From the IMG/VR virus record IMGVR_UViG_3300008012_000037, positions 1-52,862 of that record: a stretch of 52,862 bases of DNA; one strand, written 5' to 3'. Source of the stretch: a virus (Duplodnaviria > Caudoviricetes). Below the pieces are notes generated by a model. That model did no database searches. It saw nothing but the letters and a program-made list of their open reading frames with translations, and had not been told where the DNA came from. Below are positions 29,109 to 38,425 of the stretch, in pieces (the first letter of the stretch is position 1; each line of letters opens with the position of its first letter). Made by a program: the position numbers and the translations under genes.

Positions 29109-30096
29109 GATTTTTCGTAGGACAGTAAAAGACAGGAAAAGAGGTTCAAGTTATGACTTGCTGAAATGGATGATGGAGGGCATTAGTGCCTGTGGTGATG
29201 AACCCATAATGGTCAACGAAGACAGATCCGGTCCAACGGTAGAAGGCGAAATGGAGCCAACAACACCGATTGCTTGTATGTTTGGTTATGGTGGTACCAA
29301 TCAAAGACATCACACCAAAGGAAGAAGATTGGAACTAGTAGAAAATGCCAAAGCCAAAGGCACAAAAGTAATCACATTTGATGGCGGCCTGCTCAGCAGT
29401 TTTGGTAACGTTTCAACGTATCCAAACCATTACTGGCGTGTCAGTTTATTCTCACCAATGAACAATGGTGATTTTTTATCAGACAACTCTCCGTCAGATA
29501 GATGGGAAATGCTTAAAAAAGAATTTGACGTCAAACACGAGCCATGGAGAAAGTCACAATCAGATGATCCAATACTTTTTATACTCCAACCAAAAGACAA
29601 TTGGAGCATGAACGAATTAGATCCGATAAAATGGTTCAACGATGTTTACCAAAAAATAAGACCCTTGACCGATAGGAAGTTTATAGCGAGACCGCATCCA
29701 AATCACATAGATTCCATATCACAAAGATTGAACGAATTTCCTAATGATGTTGAAGTAGCAATAGGACAAAAACATTTTTACGGAGATGAAAAAAAGCACT
29801 ACAGATTCCAACTCCAGGAGGCGATAACTAACTGTCATGCTGTTGTTACTCACAATTCTACTGCCGGTGTCGACTGTTGCGTTCGTGGAATCCCTACCTT
29901 TAATACCTCAGATCTTGCACTTTCTTGGCCTGTAGCAAACACAGACCTTTCCAAAATAGAAACACCAAGTATGCCGGACAGGACCCAGTGGTTGCACGAC
30001 ATTGGATATAAATTATGGAGCACAGAGGAAATCAAGTCAGGAAAGGTATTCGCCCGTTTCAAAAAAAAATTAAATATCAAAGACAATGAAAATTAA
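29098..30096 (+). CDS. KpsS/KpsC-like glycosyltransferase
   Basis: LQPKDNWS, RPHP, AVVTHNSTAG.D...GIPTF. Confidence 0.65.
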   Translation: MKVEIFRRTVKDRKRGSSYDLLKWMMEGISACGDEPIMVNEDRSGPTVEGEMEPTTPIACMFGYGGTNQRHHTKGRRLELVENAKAKGTKVITFDGGLLSSFGNVSTYPNHYWRVSLFSPMNNGDFLSDNSPSDRWEMLKKEFDVKHEPWRKSQSDDPILFILQPKDNWSMNELDPIKWFNDVYQKIRPLTDRKFIARPHPNHIDSISQRLNEFPNDVEVAIGQKHFYGDEKKHYRFQLQEAITNCHAVVTHNSTAGVDCCVRGIPTFNTSDLALSWPVANTDLSKIETPSMPDRTQWLHDIGYKLWSTEEIKSGKVFARFKKKLNIKDNEN

Positions 30097-30997
30097 GGTC
30101 ATAACTTCATACAAACCGGGCACTTGGACTCTGTACGCAAAAAGATCTGTAGAGAGCGTTGTTAAAAATTGGCCCGACGGTACAGCAATAAACATCTATC
30201 ACGAAGGACCACAACCCGAAACCAAAGAAATTATTTCACCTAGAGTGAAATGGATAGATCTTCATGAAGTACAACCAGAATTGGTCGAATTCAAACAGCG
30301 ACACAAGGACGATCCAGTGGCCTGCGGTGAACTGCAGGAAATTGAGGGGGGTGTAAGAAGACCAACGGCGTTTAATGGCAGTGACAAAAACAAAGGAACC
30401 TATCTTTTTGACTCTGTAAGGTTCTCAAACAAAATATTCTGTGTGACCCACAGTATCAAGACATCTATTGACAAAAATTACGACTACGTCATATGGTTGG
30501 ATGCCGACACTTACACATTTAGACCCATGCCCAGACAGTTTCTCGAGTCGTTGATACCCAAAGATACCATGCTAACATATTTGGGTAGAGAAAATCCCGA
30601 AAAAAACGACGGCGGCAAGTATCCTGAGTGTGGATTTGTTGGTTACAATCTAAAAAATCCAGAAATTTTGAATTTTGCCAATGATTTAGAAAAAATTTAT
30701 ACAAGTGACAAGGTGTTCCAGTTAATGGAATGGCACGACAGTTATATCTTTTGGCATCTGTCTAAAATTTACAGAGAAAAACACAACATCAAAGTAAACG
30801 ACATTGGATACTGGAAAGGAGTCAAAGGCCATCACGTGTTTATCAACTCTGAGCTGGGACTTTATATGGATCATTTCAAAGGCAAGAGAAAGACACTAGG
30901 CACCAGTGCGAAAAACGACCTGAGGGGATCAAAAAGTAGCACGGATGTCAGCAAAGTCGATTATTGGAGAGAAGCACCACCGACGTGGAGATCATGA
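30086..30997 (+). CDS. Nucleotide-diphospho-sugar transferase (GT-A)
   Basis: VRFSNK, IWLDADT, ECGFVGYN, EWHDSY, DHFKG. Confidence 0.75.
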   Translation: MKIKVITSYKPGTWTLYAKRSVESVVKNWPDGTAINIYHEGPQPETKEIISPRVKWIDLHEVQPELVEFKQRHKDDPVACGELQEIEGGVRRPTAFNGSDKNKGTYLFDSVRFSNKIFCVTHSIKTSIDKNYDYVIWLDADTYTFRPMPRQFLESLIPKDTMLTYLGRENPEKNDGGKYPECGFVGYNLKNPEILNFANDLEKIYTSDKVFQLMEWHDSYIFWHLSKIYREKHNIKVNDIGYWKGVKGHHVFINSELGLYMDHFKGKRKTLGTSAKNDLRGSKSSTDVSKVDYWREAPPTWRS

Positions 30998-31869
30998 AAA
31001 TAGCAATTTTTCCAGATTATGGCAGTTTGAACTCAAAACCCGTGTTCAAAGCGTTCATTGATCATCTAAAAAGCAAAAACGAAACAATAGTTTTAAACAA
31101 ATTTGACAACACGTGCGATGTTGCGGTGATTTGGTCAGTGCTTTGGCGGGGAAGGATGGCCGAAAACAAAAAAGTTTGGGATTTCTTCAAAAAACACAAC
31201 AAACCTATTGTTGTGCTAGAGGTGGGAGGAATAAAAAGAAATGTGACCTGGAAAATGGGCATAAACGGAATAAACAGAGACGCCGATTTTGCCAACCAAA
31301 CGTTCGACGACAAAAGATGGAAAGGGTTAGGCATAGATCTAGTGCCTTGGAAGCAAACTGGCAACGTGATTGTCATTTGTGGACAGCACGATACCAGCGA
31401 ACAGTGGGTAGGCAAACCAAAAATGCCGATATGGATTAATCAACAGATAAAAACAATAAGAAAATATTGTGACAAGCCTATTGTGGTCAGACCTCATCCT
31501 AGAAACAAGATAGAATTTGACGAAAAACAATTCAAATATGTAAGAGTGAATTATCCAAAAAGAGACTGGACCACATACGATGACACAGATTTTAGAAAAA
31601 TACTGACATCTTGCTGGGCGGTTGTGAATCATAGTTCTAATCCTGCTATAGAATCTGTTTTCAATGGAATACCTGTTTTTGTATCTGAATCAAGCCTCTG
31701 TCATGACGTGGGAAACACAAATATCACAGACATCCTCTATCCTGCTATGCCAAACAGAGAAAAGTGGGCTCATAGATTGGCATATACAGAATGGACAACA
31801 CAGGAAATATCTCAGGGACTGCCTTGGGAAAGAATTAGAGAAAGATTATTGGAGAAATACATCAAATGA
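30994..31869 (+). CDS. KpsS/KpsC-like glycosyltransferase
   Basis: GQHD.S, RPHPR, AVVNHSS..IESVFNGIPVF, LAYTEWT..E. Confidence 0.65.
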   Translation: MKIAIFPDYGSLNSKPVFKAFIDHLKSKNETIVLNKFDNTCDVAVIWSVLWRGRMAENKKVWDFFKKHNKPIVVLEVGGIKRNVTWKMGINGINRDADFANQTFDDKRWKGLGIDLVPWKQTGNVIVICGQHDTSEQWVGKPKMPIWINQQIKTIRKYCDKPIVVRPHPRNKIEFDEKQFKYVRVNYPKRDWTTYDDTDFRKILTSCWAVVNHSSNPAIESVFNGIPVFVSESSLCHDVGNTNITDILYPAMPNREKWAHRLAYTEWTTQEISQGLPWERIRERLLEKYIK

Positions 31870-32612
31870 AAGTAGTGAAATTAAATTCTAGGCAAACAAT
31901 TGAACCAATCGAGTGGGAACCATACACAGGAGAGACTATAATTGTCAATACCGTGATCAGAAAAGGACAGAAAATTCAGGAAACTGCATATGTTGAAGAC
32001 AAGGTAAAGGCGGTTCCGGAAGGAAACGCATACATTATCGGTAACGGGCCCAGCAGAAAAAATTTTGACCTTGAATCGTTGAGAGGTTCAGGCCAGACAT
32101 ATGGGTGCAACGCATTGTACAGAGATTTCATACCGGATTTCTTGTTTTCGGTTGATGCGAAAATGACAAAAGAAATCAGCGACAACAAGGTATACGAAAA
32201 ATGCTGGTGCTATGCTCCCTCGCTTGAGGTAAATCGTTTAACAGGACTTGTCCTAATACCAAAAAATCCACATTACACCAGCGGAAACCAAGCAATCTGG
32301 ACATCACTGATACATGGACACAAAAATCTTTATCTTTTAGGTTTTGATTTTGCTGAATTTGGAAAAGACAAATTGAACAACATTTATCAGGATACAAAAA
32401 ACTACGGTCCTAGGCACAATGACGTGATTTTTGAACAATGGCTAACACAATTTAGGAAAACCGTAAAACAAAGACCATACTGCCACTTCACAATCGTCCA
32501 CGACAGTCCTCCGGAGTACCTAAATCATCTGCAGACCGGGACAGATCTCGGAAATACAAAAATAATTTCTTACAAAGAGTTTAAAGAGTCAGTGCTAAAC
32601 CAAAAGTCTTGA
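31866..32612 (+). CDS. DUF115/Maf-like (sialyltransferase-like fold) protein
   Basis: YIIGNGPSR, TYGCNALYRD..PD, SG..A, LYLLGFD. Confidence 0.65.
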   Translation: MKVVKLNSRQTIEPIEWEPYTGETIIVNTVIRKGQKIQETAYVEDKVKAVPEGNAYIIGNGPSRKNFDLESLRGSGQTYGCNALYRDFIPDFLFSVDAKMTKEISDNKVYEKCWCYAPSLEVNRLTGLVLIPKNPHYTSGNQAIWTSLIHGHKNLYLLGFDFAEFGKDKLNNIYQDTKNYGPRHNDVIFEQWLTQFRKTVKQRPYCHFTIVHDSPPEYLNHLQTGTDLGNTKIISYKEFKESVLNQKS

Positions 32613-33063
32613 ATCTAGGACGCCATTTAAAAAATTTGGCGCTATGATTTGAGTAAGGATCTTTGTCAATGGTCATTTGATGAAGATGTACCATCTCATG
32701 AGCCAGTGTTTCTATAAAATCTTTCCAGGTGTCATACTTTGATTTCAAAGTGATCTTGAAAGACACAGTTGGGTGATCTAAACTGTCAACGGGAAGTTGA
32801 TTTCTTCTTGTTTTGATACTTCTTGCGTCCCAACTGCATTCACATTCGCCAAAACAGTCTTTCAGTCTCTTGATTTGGATTGTTGGCAAAGTTAATCTTC
32901 CGTAAAAAATTCCTTGATTCAAAACGTTGAACCAGGATTGTGCCTGTGCAACTGTTGGTTTATGATTTTTGATACCACCACGAGTGATCAGTGCCTGCTT
33001 GACACGTAACTTCACTTTTTTAACCATTTTTTTACTGGTTTTTTTCTGTTTTTTCTTCTTCAT
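32581..33063 (-). CDS. SprT-like zinc metalloprotease with basic N-terminal tail
   Basis: FNVLN..IF.G.L, TLAHEMVH, NH...F. Confidence 0.85.
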   Translation of the reverse strand: MKKKKQKKTSKKMVKKVKLRVKQALITRGGIKNHKPTVAQAQSWFNVLNQGIFYGRLTLPTIQIKRLKDCFGECECSWDARSIKTRRNQLPVDSLDHPTVSFKITLKSKYDTWKDFIETLAHEMVHLHQMTIDKDPYSNHSAKFFKWRPRFKTFGLALTL

Positions 33064-33066
33064 AGG

Positions 33067-33094
33067 TTGACACTTTTACCAGTTGTGCTATACT
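33067..33094 (+). promoter_or_regulatory. Sigma70-like promoter
   Basis: TTGACA, 16-bp spacer ending TGC, then TATACT (extended -10). Confidence 0.6.
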
Positions 33095-33113
33095 AGTAAT
33101 TATCAGAATTTAT

Positions 33114-34418
33114 ATGTCAAACACACAGCCGTTAATACCAGAAAACATACAAAAAGCAGTAGAAATATTAGCATATAATGAAAATATGTGGGAAGGTTTC
33201 ACTGTACACGGGAAAGATGTAAGCACAGTTAGGAGCCTGGCCGAAAGCGATTATGCCTGGACTGAAAAACAAGGCAGATTGGCGCTGGCTATGATAAAAA
33301 GATACAAAACACTCTTTACAAAATATGGAATAGACATACAACCGTTAATAGACAAACCTGTGTGGAGAGACGAATTTCGTAAGATTGACTTTGAAAAATC
33401 AATCCGATCATATACCGACGAGTTAGGAAATCACAAAATTGAACTTAAATTTCCTTACAACGAAAAAATTATTAAATTGGTGAGATGCCTAAACCATCAA
33501 AAACTCAGAGGCTTAAAATTTTCTCAATATGATGGAGAATCCAAGTCTTGGACATTTGATTACATAGATGTCAACTGTTATTTCCTCGCCTTGATTTCGA
33601 TAAGGTATGATTTCCAAATTTTAAATCCAGAAATCATAGACGATTACGAGAATATCAAAAAGGAAAAGTTAAATTATAAAAAAATGAGTGCTTATATTCA
33701 AGACGAAGAAATTAAATTTAAGAATGCTGATGAAAGTTTTGACGAATGGTGGAATAAAAACTATAAAAATAAAAAGTTTATACAACAATTAGATGTCGTA
33801 AACAAAAATATATATTGCGATAAAAATTTTACAACAGTCACTAGTGAAAAAAGTCATTTGGCCGATGTGATAGCGTGTTCTACAAACAGAAACATATGGA
33901 TAGACAGAAACAAGTATTCATTGAAGGAAACATTATCAGCATTAATGGAACTTAACGACTTTCCAATATTTGTACCATATGCTGAATTAGAGACGCATAA
34001 AGATCTAAAAGAAGTTGAAAATTTTTTTAAGGCCTGGAAGGGACTAGGACTGGCCGACAGCGGAATTTCCTTCACTTATGACTTCAAAGAACCTATCGAT
34101 TTCAGAGCCAAAACAGAAGATACATATAGTCTAGAAAGTGTTTATGGAACCAAACATTTAGGAGAAAGAAAAGATATCTATGAAAGATGGCTAGACCTGG
34201 TATCGTTTTCTAGAACATCAAAAATAATCTCAAACCAAACAAAAGTTATTTTTATAAACAGGAAATTATCAAGAACTTTTTTAAAATCTAATCTTAGGCC
34301 TAGAGTGGCACTTAATATCGAGGACAATAGTTTTTGGCCAACTGGCTCAAATACGGTAAACATCCTGGTTGATAATCTTTCAAAAAGATTGTATTATACA
34401 AGTAGAAAACCTATATAA
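33114..34418 (+). CDS. Hypothetical protein upstream of uvsW
   Basis: 434-aa ORF; TEKQ..LA and FPYNEKII...YDGESKSW (HARP-like) segments. Confidence 0.7.
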   Translation: MSNTQPLIPENIQKAVEILAYNENMWEGFTVHGKDVSTVRSLAESDYAWTEKQGRLALAMIKRYKTLFTKYGIDIQPLIDKPVWRDEFRKIDFEKSIRSYTDELGNHKIELKFPYNEKIIKLVRCLNHQKLRGLKFSQYDGESKSWTFDYIDVNCYFLALISIRYDFQILNPEIIDDYENIKKEKLNYKKMSAYIQDEEIKFKNADESFDEWWNKNYKNKKFIQQLDVVNKNIYCDKNFTTVTSEKSHLADVIACSTNRNIWIDRNKYSLKETLSALMELNDFPIFVPYAELETHKDLKEVENFFKAWKGLGLADSGISFTYDFKEPIDFRAKTEDTYSLESVYGTKHLGERKDIYERWLDLVSFSRTSKIISNQTKVIFINRKLSRTFLKSNLRPRVALNIEDNSFWPTGSNTVNILVDNLSKRLYYTSRKPI

Positions 34419-34430
34419 GGAAAACAAACA

Positions 34431-35894
34431 ATGAGCAGTTGCAAACTTGTGATCAAAGACGAGGTAAATGTAAAATTTGAAAATCTATCATTAGATCACA
34501 GGAAAAAACTACACAGCAAATTCAAATTTGAGATACCTTATGCGAGGCACTTACCAGCGGTAAAACTTGGAAGATGGGACGGAAAGATCAGTTTCTTTGG
34601 ATTGGGCGGCACCACCTATCTGGCATTGGTGGATCAAATTTTACCAATATTAGAAGACGCAGGTGTATACGTTGACCTGGAAGATCATCGCACTCCAAAT
34701 AATTTTGAATTCACACTGATAGACAAAAATTATCTTTCAAATATCACTTGGCCGGAATCACATCCTTGTGCAGGACAACCAATTGAGTTGAGAGACTACC
34801 AGGTAGAAATAATCAATGAGTTTATAAAAAGTCCTCAGTGCATACAAGAAATAGCCACCGGAGCGGGAAAAACAATAATCACAGCCACCCTTTGTAAATT
34901 AGTTGAAGACTACGGAAGAACACTGACCATTGTTCCTAACAAAAGCCTAGTGACTCAAACCGAAGACGATTTTTTGACTTGTAATCTCGATGTAGGTGTA
35001 TACTACGGTGATAGAAAAGAACTAGGAAGACAAAATACAATAGCAACCTGGCAATCATTGAATGTTTTAGAAAAAAAAAGCAAGGACGAACACACAGCAG
35101 ATTTTTTAGAAGCAATAAAAGGAATCAATACTATTATAGTCGACGAAGTGCATATGGCCAAGGCCGATGTACTTAAAAGAATGTTGACAGGACCATTTGC
35201 TCATTGTGGCATACGTTGGGGTTTGACAGGTACTGTGCCAAAAGCGGATTTTGAATTTTATGGTCTCAAATGTAGTATAGGTGATGTTGTCAATAAGATT
35301 GCGGCGAAGGAATTACAGGACAAAGGAGTTTTAGCCAACTGCAATGTAAATGTGCTACAGACACAAGACCACCCCGAGTTCAAAAACTATCAGGAGGAAC
35401 TAAAGTGGCTTACCACCGATAGTACAAGAATGGATTGGATTTCCAAAACAATTGATAGTATAGCGACTTCTGGAAACACATTGATTTTAGTGGATAGAAT
35501 ATCGGCAGGCGAAATACTAGAAAAAAAATTAAAAGGTTCGGTGTTTATATCAGGCTCAACCAAAAACCCAGAAAGGAAAGAACACTATGATGAAGTATCT
35601 ACTGCGAAAAATAAAATTATTATCGCCACATATGGAGTTGCCGCTGTTGGCATTAATATTCCTAGGATTTTTAATCTTGTTCTCATAGAGCCTGGCAAGT
35701 CATTCGTTAGAGTGATACAGAGCATAGGACGTGGTATCAGGAAGGCAGAAGACAAAGACAATGTACAGATATGGGACATTACCAGTTCCTGTAAATTTGC
35801 TAAAAGACACCTCGGGCAGAGGAAAAAGTTTTACAAAGAGGCCAATTATCCGTATAATATAGAAAAGATAGATTATGAAAATCCTTACAATTGA
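34431..35894 (+). CDS. uvsW: SF2 DNA helicase
   Basis: GRWDGKI, LRDYQ, ATGAGKT, DEVH, GLTGT, QSIGRGIR. Confidence 0.93.
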   Translation: MSSCKLVIKDEVNVKFENLSLDHRKKLHSKFKFEIPYARHLPAVKLGRWDGKISFFGLGGTTYLALVDQILPILEDAGVYVDLEDHRTPNNFEFTLIDKNYLSNITWPESHPCAGQPIELRDYQVEIINEFIKSPQCIQEIATGAGKTIITATLCKLVEDYGRTLTIVPNKSLVTQTEDDFLTCNLDVGVYYGDRKELGRQNTIATWQSLNVLEKKSKDEHTADFLEAIKGINTIIVDEVHMAKADVLKRMLTGPFAHCGIRWGLTGTVPKADFEFYGLKCSIGDVVNKIAAKELQDKGVLANCNVNVLQTQDHPEFKNYQEELKWLTTDSTRMDWISKTIDSIATSGNTLILVDRISAGEILEKKLKGSVFISGSTKNPERKEHYDEVSTAKNKIIIATYGVAAVGINIPRIFNLVLIEPGKSFVRVIQSIGRGIRKAEDKDNVQIWDITSSCKFAKRHLGQRKKFYKEANYPYNIEKIDYENPYN

Positions 35895-36378
35895 TAATAA
35901 AACATACACGTTGGAAAAGATTCCGGAATATGTGGATGACAGTTTGAGATTTGCTGTTCTTGACAACTCAAATCCTCAAGACCCAGATTATTATTTCATT
36001 CCTTTAATTTTTCTTGAATCTTTTAATGCACCAGCGGCAGTGTTACAAGTAGGAAAGTACAAAATTAAAATGCCTTTGGATTGGAAAATGATTATAGGAG
36101 ATGCCGAGCAAGGAGAATTACACGTCTTGCCAATAACAAGTTTAAATGATAGAGGTTTTGAGGCGTTTATTTTCAATCCACTTACAGGTGGAAGACCCGA
36201 TTTTGCTGGAGTGGACATAGTAGACATCTACCAGGAAGTAAAATGGTATTTTCCTAAAATAAAATCTGGTCAGATTCTAGCAGTGCCCTTGAGTGATCGT
36301 CCAAATCCGCCTTGTGCTTATTTTGTAAAGGACATATCAAGGCAGTCTGAACAACTCGATTACGGATCTGTATGGTAA
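35875..36378 (+). CDS. Hypothetical beta-rich protein
   Basis: Coupled to uvsW; pattern reminiscent of a degenerate Hint fold. Confidence 0.7.
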   Translation: MKILTIDNKTYTLEKIPEYVDDSLRFAVLDNSNPQDPDYYFIPLIFLESFNAPAAVLQVGKYKIKMPLDWKMIIGDAEQGELHVLPITSLNDRGFEAFIFNPLTGGRPDFAGVDIVDIYQEVKWYFPKIKSGQILAVPLSDRPNPPCAYFVKDISRQSEQLDYGSVW

Positions 36379-36830
36379 CACAAAAGAAAGATAATAGAAA
36401 ATTTTTTGAACTTCGGAACGGAATGAAAGCGATAGATTTTCGTAACAAAGATTACTATGATAGAATCGATGACAAAGAGCGAAGCCTTTACTCTCCGTAC
36501 ATGATAATGAGGTATGCTAGTTCAGTTACTGGAGATAAATTTTATCAGGAACACTATCTAGAAATGATAAACGAGTGCGTGAACAAACATCTTTTTACGC
36601 TGTCAGGCAAACACAAAAAACTTTGCTGGATACTTACTGCGATGTGTGGAGGATTAAAACAACAATTTCATCCATGGATAAAACCAATGAAAAAAGTACC
36701 AAACAAAAGTCTGAAACAACTGCAGGAAATATTTCCAGCAATGAAGGAAAAAGACCTCGAGACACTTGATGCTATAATCACAGACGCTGAACTAGAAGAA
36801 CTCTTGGAATCACATGGAATCAAATCTTAA
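36372..36830 (+). CDS. Putative clamp-loader small subunit (gp62-like)
   Basis: YSPYMIMRYAS...NE..N...FHPWIK pattern and replication context; weak. Confidence 0.45.
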   Translation: MVTQKKDNRKFFELRNGMKAIDFRNKDYYDRIDDKERSLYSPYMIMRYASSVTGDKFYQEHYLEMINECVNKHLFTLSGKHKKLCWILTAMCGGLKQQFHPWIKPMKKVPNKSLKQLQEIFPAMKEKDLETLDAIITDAELEELLESHGIKS

Positions 36831-37500
36831 TACCTGCACATACTGTAACAAAACATTCCAAAAGGCAAGGACACTGCAAGTGCATCTATGCGAACCAAAA
36901 AGAAGACATTTACAAAAACATGAAAAATGGGTGCAGAATGCCTTCATAGTTTTTCAAAGATTTTATCAAATACATCAAAATTCTTCAAAACCAAAAACAT
37001 ATGATGACTTCTGCAAAAGTGCCTATTACAACGCCTTTGTAAAATTTGGTAGATATATGATGCACATCAATCCGTTGTATCCAGACAAATATATCGATTA
37101 CATCATTACTTCAAAAATCAAACTGGATCACTGGGCAAGAGACGATCTGTACGAAGCATACATTATAGACGTTTTGAAATCAGAGCCGGTTGAATCTGCC
37201 CTGCAGAGAACAATAGCAACAATGATGGACTGGGCACAGGAACAAAACGCTCAATGGAGTGACTATTTCAGATTGGTCAACACCAATCGTGCTGTTATGC
37301 ATATACAACAAGGAAAGATATCTCCCTGGTTGGTGCTCGGTTGCAGAGCTGGTAAAAAAATGTTAAAATCATTTAACGATGAGCAATTACAAATGTGTGA
37401 TAGATTTATTGATCCAATATTTTGGAATAACAAATTCAAAAATTACAAATCAGATCTACTGTTTGTTGAAGAAACAGTAAAGGAGGCCAAAATTGAGTAG
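36814..37500 (+). CDS. Hypothetical protein with N-terminal zinc finger
   Basis: CTYCNKTF......HLC. Confidence 0.7.
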   Translation: MESNLNTCTYCNKTFQKARTLQVHLCEPKRRHLQKHEKWVQNAFIVFQRFYQIHQNSSKPKTYDDFCKSAYYNAFVKFGRYMMHINPLYPDKYIDYIITSKIKLDHWARDDLYEAYIIDVLKSEPVESALQRTIATMMDWAQEQNAQWSDYFRLVNTNRAVMHIQQGKISPWLVLGCRAGKKMLKSFNDEQLQMCDRFIDPIFWNNKFKNYKSDLLFVEETVKEAKIE

Positions 37501-37708
37501 TCAAAAAAATGGATTAGAAATAATGTCAGGAGATAGTGTTTTGGTTATTGGCAAAGATGGAAATTTAAAAAAATTAGTTATGCCGGATATGAACAAGAAT
37601 ACTCCACATACTGCGGGCACAGAAAGGGTTTTGGAGATACTGAAAATTTTTGATCCAACGGCAAACTTAGACATATTAGAAAATGTTGACAAAGGAAGAT
37701 TGAATTAA
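37493..37708 (+). CDS. Small hypothetical protein
   Basis: TTG start with strong AAGGAGG SD; TAATG-coupled to the next gene. Confidence 0.65.
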   Translation: MSSQKNGLEIMSGDSVLVIGKDGNLKKLVMPDMNKNTPHTAGTERVLEILKIFDPTANLDILENVDKGRLN

Positions 37709-38316
37709 TGCCTGATGTAGATATAGATTTTTTTGACAGAGACAAATGTTTAGAACTATTCAAACATACTCCTGCGACAATTATTAAAAACCACACACAT
37801 GAAAAACACAAAACCGGTGTGTATTTTCACAAAATACCAAAAAATCCATTGTCTGGACACAGTAGTCTGAACTATAAAACAGCGGAGGACAGAGGCTATT
37901 TTAAGATAGATCTATTGAATGTGAATATCTATAAAAACATAAAGTCAGAACAAGAATTAGTTGAACTAATGATCCAGGAACCTAATTGGGATATGCTGAA
38001 AGACCCAAAAATTGTAGAACAACTTTTCCATTTGAATGGCCATTTTGAGATAGTATCTAAACTGGAGCCAAAGAACATAGAACAACTGGCCGCAGTGTTG
38101 GCCATAATCAGGCCAGCCAAACGACATCTTTTATACAAGGACTGGGTAGACATTCTCAAAGAAGTTTGGATTAAACCATCCGACGGCAGTTACTTTTTTA
38201 AAAAGTCTCACGCTGTTGCGTATGCCCAAGCGATTGTTGTGCAGATGAATCAGATGTCTAATGCTAAATATAGTTTTGATGCGACATCAGAAAATCAAAA
38301 AAAAACTTCCACGTAA
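37708..38316 (+). CDS. Miniature DnaE-like (family C polymerase palm/fingers) protein
   Basis: MPDVDIDF, KHKTGVYF, GYFKIDLL, LFHL, AIIRP, YFFKKSHAVAYA in DnaE order. Confidence 0.85.
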   Translation: MPDVDIDFFDRDKCLELFKHTPATIIKNHTHEKHKTGVYFHKIPKNPLSGHSSLNYKTAEDRGYFKIDLLNVNIYKNIKSEQELVELMIQEPNWDMLKDPKIVEQLFHLNGHFEIVSKLEPKNIEQLAAVLAIIRPAKRHLLYKDWVDILKEVWIKPSDGSYFFKKSHAVAYAQAIVVQMNQMSNAKYSFDATSENQKKTST

Positions 38317-38425
38317 ACCTAAAAAGAAACAAGTATTTCGAGCCGAGTACTCGTCCTACCATAAAGATAGTCCCTTGACCAGATACTTTGAAAGGAATTG
38401 TGGAATTAACAGTACAATTAAGTAG
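38279..38425 (+). CDS. Unannotated 48-aa basic peptide (MRHQKIKKKLPRKPKKKQ...)
   Basis: TAAATA (38265-38270) 8 nt before the ATG; fills the gap up to the convergent gene. Confidence 0.5.
   Translation: MRHQKIKKKLPRKPKKKQVFRAEYSSYHKDSPLTRYFERNCGINSTIK

Noticed and set aside
28601-29149. Antisense and alternate-frame ORFs such as 28601-29149, 1262-1756, 27696-28166 and 40263-40694
   Set aside because: Shadows of well-supported genes, with no motifs or initiation signals
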